Assembly (NCBI GenBank): GCA_051294375.1
Contig: CM119266.1
Location: forward strand, 27,204,718-27,268,717
Source: Paraspadella gotoi
Lineage: Eukaryota; Animalia; Chaetognatha
Direction of reading: 5' to 3'
DNA: 64,000 bases
Part shown: in pieces, positions 60,533-64,000 of the stretch
Position numbering within the stretch: position 1 is the first letter of the stretch
Layout: every line of letters starts with the position of its first letter
The notes under the pieces: generated by a model
What the model was told of the DNA's origin: nothing
The model's database searches: none
Seen by the model: the letters and a program-made list of their open reading frames with translations, nothing else
Translations under genes and position numbers: made by a program

Positions 60533-62459
60533 GTCAGTCAATTAACCCTTTCCAATGGGCTATTCCGTGAGTCAAGCTTTTTGTTTGCAAAAATGAAAAA
60601 TGAAAAATGACGATTTTTTTTCACAGACTGTTTATATCAAGCTGAAAACATTTTTGGATTTATCATTTTTCATATTTAAAAAGACATTTTATTAAGCTAC
60701 TATATAAATTTTTGCTTGTTTTTTACTTTAACTAAAAAATACAAGCAAATTTGTGGAGTAGAGAAAATTTAATGGTAATAAAAATGTAATTCAGTTTTTC
60801 CTTTTTTAAATTACAAAAGAAAAAAAAATTTTATGCCTTCATTGAAATTTTTAATGCAAAAAACTTTTATACTTTTAACTATTTAACTTGAAACTATTTT
60901 AGAAAATGTCCCTTGATTAGGGCTTTAATTTGATACCACGCCCACCTTGCTATCTCTTTACTTTTTTTTTTATTCAAGAAAATAACTTTTTTTACCATTA
61001 AGAGGAAAGGTCATTCAGCTTAATAATGCGTTATCTTTGATGTATTAGAGCAAATACATAGAGAAATACATCGTAATCACCAGTAATCACCAAAAAAAGT
61101 TTTTATTTATATGTAAACATTCTGTTTTAAATATTTTTTTTAAATCGGTAAATAACAAAATTGTTAAATTAAATCGGTAAGCATATTTTTTAAAGATTTG
61201 TTTTTCAATCTGGTTATTAAAAAATTTTAGGTAAGAAGTTAAAACATGGTAAAGGCAAATTTAGAATGTGAGAGTTAAACAATTAATCTTGTTACTCTGT
61301 TGGTTTTCCAGTCTTGAACAAAATCTTTAGTTAAATAGATGGTAAAAAAATTCGATCTACACTGAATTTAAAGAGTTGCAGCCTAAACAATTGCAATAAT
61401 ATTGATTTAAAAATTTGATTAGCAATCTTAAAAAGATTTGTGAAAATGTAATAGAGAGACATTTTGATAAACGTGTTCCAGTTAGAAAGAATTCAGGGTT
61501 AAAGTTAAAAAACGTTTTATTTTCAAGGATACAAGTTGAAATTTAAAAATGTCTTTCTATTACATTTTTCTAATTCACTAATAAAAAATTCATAAAAAAT
61601 ATCAGATGGATTGGCCTTTTCGTTTGACCTGCAACTCTTCAGATAGGTTTCTTTTCTTTTATATTATAATTAAAACCGATATAAAATGGCGTTGAATGCA
61701 TCAAATGCTTAAAGTGAATACATTTTCGGAATCGCCAGGAGCTCAGGTTTTTGAATCTGTACTTCATTTTTGCCTATTTTCAAGTTGATTTGAATGACCC
61801 TTTTTCTTAAAGAACTTAAGGAACTACGCAGTACAAATCTTTGTTAAATAAAAATTTTGGCAAAGCGGGAGTATCTCACTTAATCCTATTGGTACAATAC
61901 TTAAATTTTAATATAAAACTTGAGAGAAAAATTTTTCGTCATCTAGAGACATATCACTTTCTGTTGTACCCATCGTATAACTCATTTATGGTAAATGCTT
62001 GAAGAAATCAACTAAACGTTTACTCTTTTTTTTAAATAGTTACAAGCGCGTCAGAAATCTTAAGAGAAACTCGAAAATTTTATTCTGACAAATTTTGCCT
62101 TTCAATGCTTTCGTTTATGACCAATTTTCCATATCTCGGAAACTATTGTAGGAATCTTAAAACGTTTTTTTTTTTCCAAGTGAATATTGATATTGGGACT
62201 AGGACTGGGACTGGGACTGGCATAAAAATATATAATAAAATAAATTAAAATTAGCTCTCCTATGAGGTATCTATGTTTACACATTGTTGCAATTTATATG
62301 GATGTCATTTTTTAGATGTGTTTCGACGGAATTAAAAGATTCTCAATTCCCATTAATGACTGACGTCAGGTGTTACGCCTGACCAGTGACCAGTGACCAG
62401 TAGAGTGAAGTGAAAGTTACATAAGAAAGTTTTAAATGTCAATTATGAACAACATACCA

Positions 62460-62945
62460 TCAGTGAACATTAATTTGTAAAAAATATTAATTTTATATCT
62501 TCAATTTGCACAGAAGGCTATAATTATATATAGTACTATCCTTATAAAATCGAAAAATTTAAATATAGGCTTTTCTTAATTTTGATTACAGATTTGAATT
62601 CCTCGTCAAAAGTTGATAAAATATAAATCATTTTTAAAAATTCTTTCATTAAGTGGGTTAAAAATTAAAAAACTATATTTAATATATAACATTTTAATTT
62701 TCAGCTTAAAATATAGGTTTTTTTATATATTTTATTAACTTAATGAAAGAATTTTTAAAAAAGAGTAATATTTCTTTATATCAACTTTTCATGACAAATC
62801 CAAATCTGCAAAAAAATCTTACAAAAAACTATTTTGAAATTTTAAAATTAATTGGATTAGTACTACTAATAGTAGTAGTATAAATATAGCCTACTGCGTA
62901 AATTATAAAATTTATTATAAATTTTTTTATACATAAATGGGCACT
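62460..62945. mobile_element. Old AT-rich foldback/MITE-like element with long imperfect inverted arms
   Basis: CAGATTTGAATT..AAAAGTTGATA (about 62589-62617) pairs with TATCAACTTTT..AATCCAAATCTG (about 62779-62808); AAAAATTCTTTCATTAAGT pairs with ACTTAATGAAAGAATTTTT. Confidence 0.65.
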
Positions 62946-63189
62946 TTTTTCCATCGATACCCCCTTGCTGCGGCTCCTGAAGCAGCTGACTAAAACACAC
63001 GCACAAAACTAGTCTCTTTTGCTACTTCCATCGTCGCTTTATGAGTAACTCCCTTCGTCGTCGCTCTCACAGTCGCAACTGCTTCCTCCATCGTTCAAAT
63101 TATCGTTGTGGTTTCTGTCGATCTCGATCCTGACCGATGTGTCAACAAGCAAGACATAATTTCTTTTTGTAAAAGTAGTTAAGTGAAAG

Positions 63190-63300
63190 ACAACCCTATT
63201 CCCTAACCTTAATCACTAACCTTAATCCCTAACCCTAATCCCTAACCCTAACCCTAATCTATCCCCTAATCTAACCTTATCCCTAACTGAAACCCTAAAC
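63190..63300. repeat. Degenerate interstitial (CCCTAA)n telomere-like repeat
   Basis: CCCTAACCCTAATCCCTAACCCTAACCCTAATC and variants. Confidence 0.75.
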
Positions 63301-64000
63301 AATTAATACATGGTTAAAATTATTGTTGTTTTTGTCAATCCCGATCTTGACTGAGTCATCCAGCCAGAGAGAGAGAGAGAGCAAGAGAGATTCGCTGCTC
63401 CGTCATACGGCAAGGGGGCAACGAAGAGCATTTCGCCCATAAATGTTCATTTATATAATGTTGTTCGTCCCTCACTTTTAGAATTTTAATTAAAGTTAAA
63501 TTGATAATTTTTACTACGCTTTAGTGACCAGTGACCACTGACCAGACAGACTGAGCCGAAAAGAGTAACCGCGCGCCGGCCCACGACGTCTCAGACGCCG
63601 CTTCTAAAATACAACGCCAATCTTAAATCGAGACGACGCCGTTTCTCCGCCGCCGATGAACGCCGGGACGACGTGATCTCATTCGGGAGTCCAGAGAAGA
63701 GAGGAAGAAAGGAAAGAAAAGGGAGGAAAGGAAAAGAAAAACAACACGAAAAGGGGAAAAAAGTGAAGACAAAATGGAAAAGAGTAAAAAAAAGGGAAAC
63801 AAACTCGTCGATAAAAGACTAAATGTCGCCGAGGGATCGATCGTAAGGACGACGACGACGACGACGACGAGGAAAACTTTTGAGGGTCATGACAATGAAA
63901 CCGAGGAGACGATGGGGAAGAAGATGACGAGGATAATGATAATGACAAGAACCATCAGTTCCAGGATGTGATCCTCTTCTCTCTCTCTCTCTCTCTCTCT

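Noticed and set aside
63190-63300. True telomere
   Set aside because: Short, degenerate and internal; similar tracts occur inside introns.

Overview
Repeat-rich, AT-rich eukaryotic (metazoan-like) genomic window with GT-AG introns, from a draft assembly with N-gaps and indel-noisy duplicated segments. The six-frame ORF track is mostly microsatellite noise, so I rebuilt genes by hand from splice sites. Genes supported: tRNA-Ala(TGC); an 11-exon aminoacylase-1 followed only 181 bp later by a 5-exon ethanolamine/choline kinase on the same strand; a convergent 8-exon luciferase/4CL-like acyl-CoA ligase with unusual active-site substitutions; and tentative 3' exons of a large minus-strand gene. 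The standout is a small 3-exon gene (56685-57357) that the ORF track misses. It encodes a secreted prepropeptide: signal peptide, propeptide ending in basic residues, and a C-C-CC-C-C inhibitor-cystine-knot peptide with a C-terminal Gly, i.e. a toxin/defence knottin-like precursor, with a cluster of GGATTA/TAATCC motifs upstream. The rest is mobile and repetitive DNA: DINE-1/HINE-like elements, MITEs, a 1.3-kb TIR element present in only one of two duplicate copies, SINE-like families, higher-order minisatellites, a G-rich satellite with inverted ends, and several perfect palindromes.
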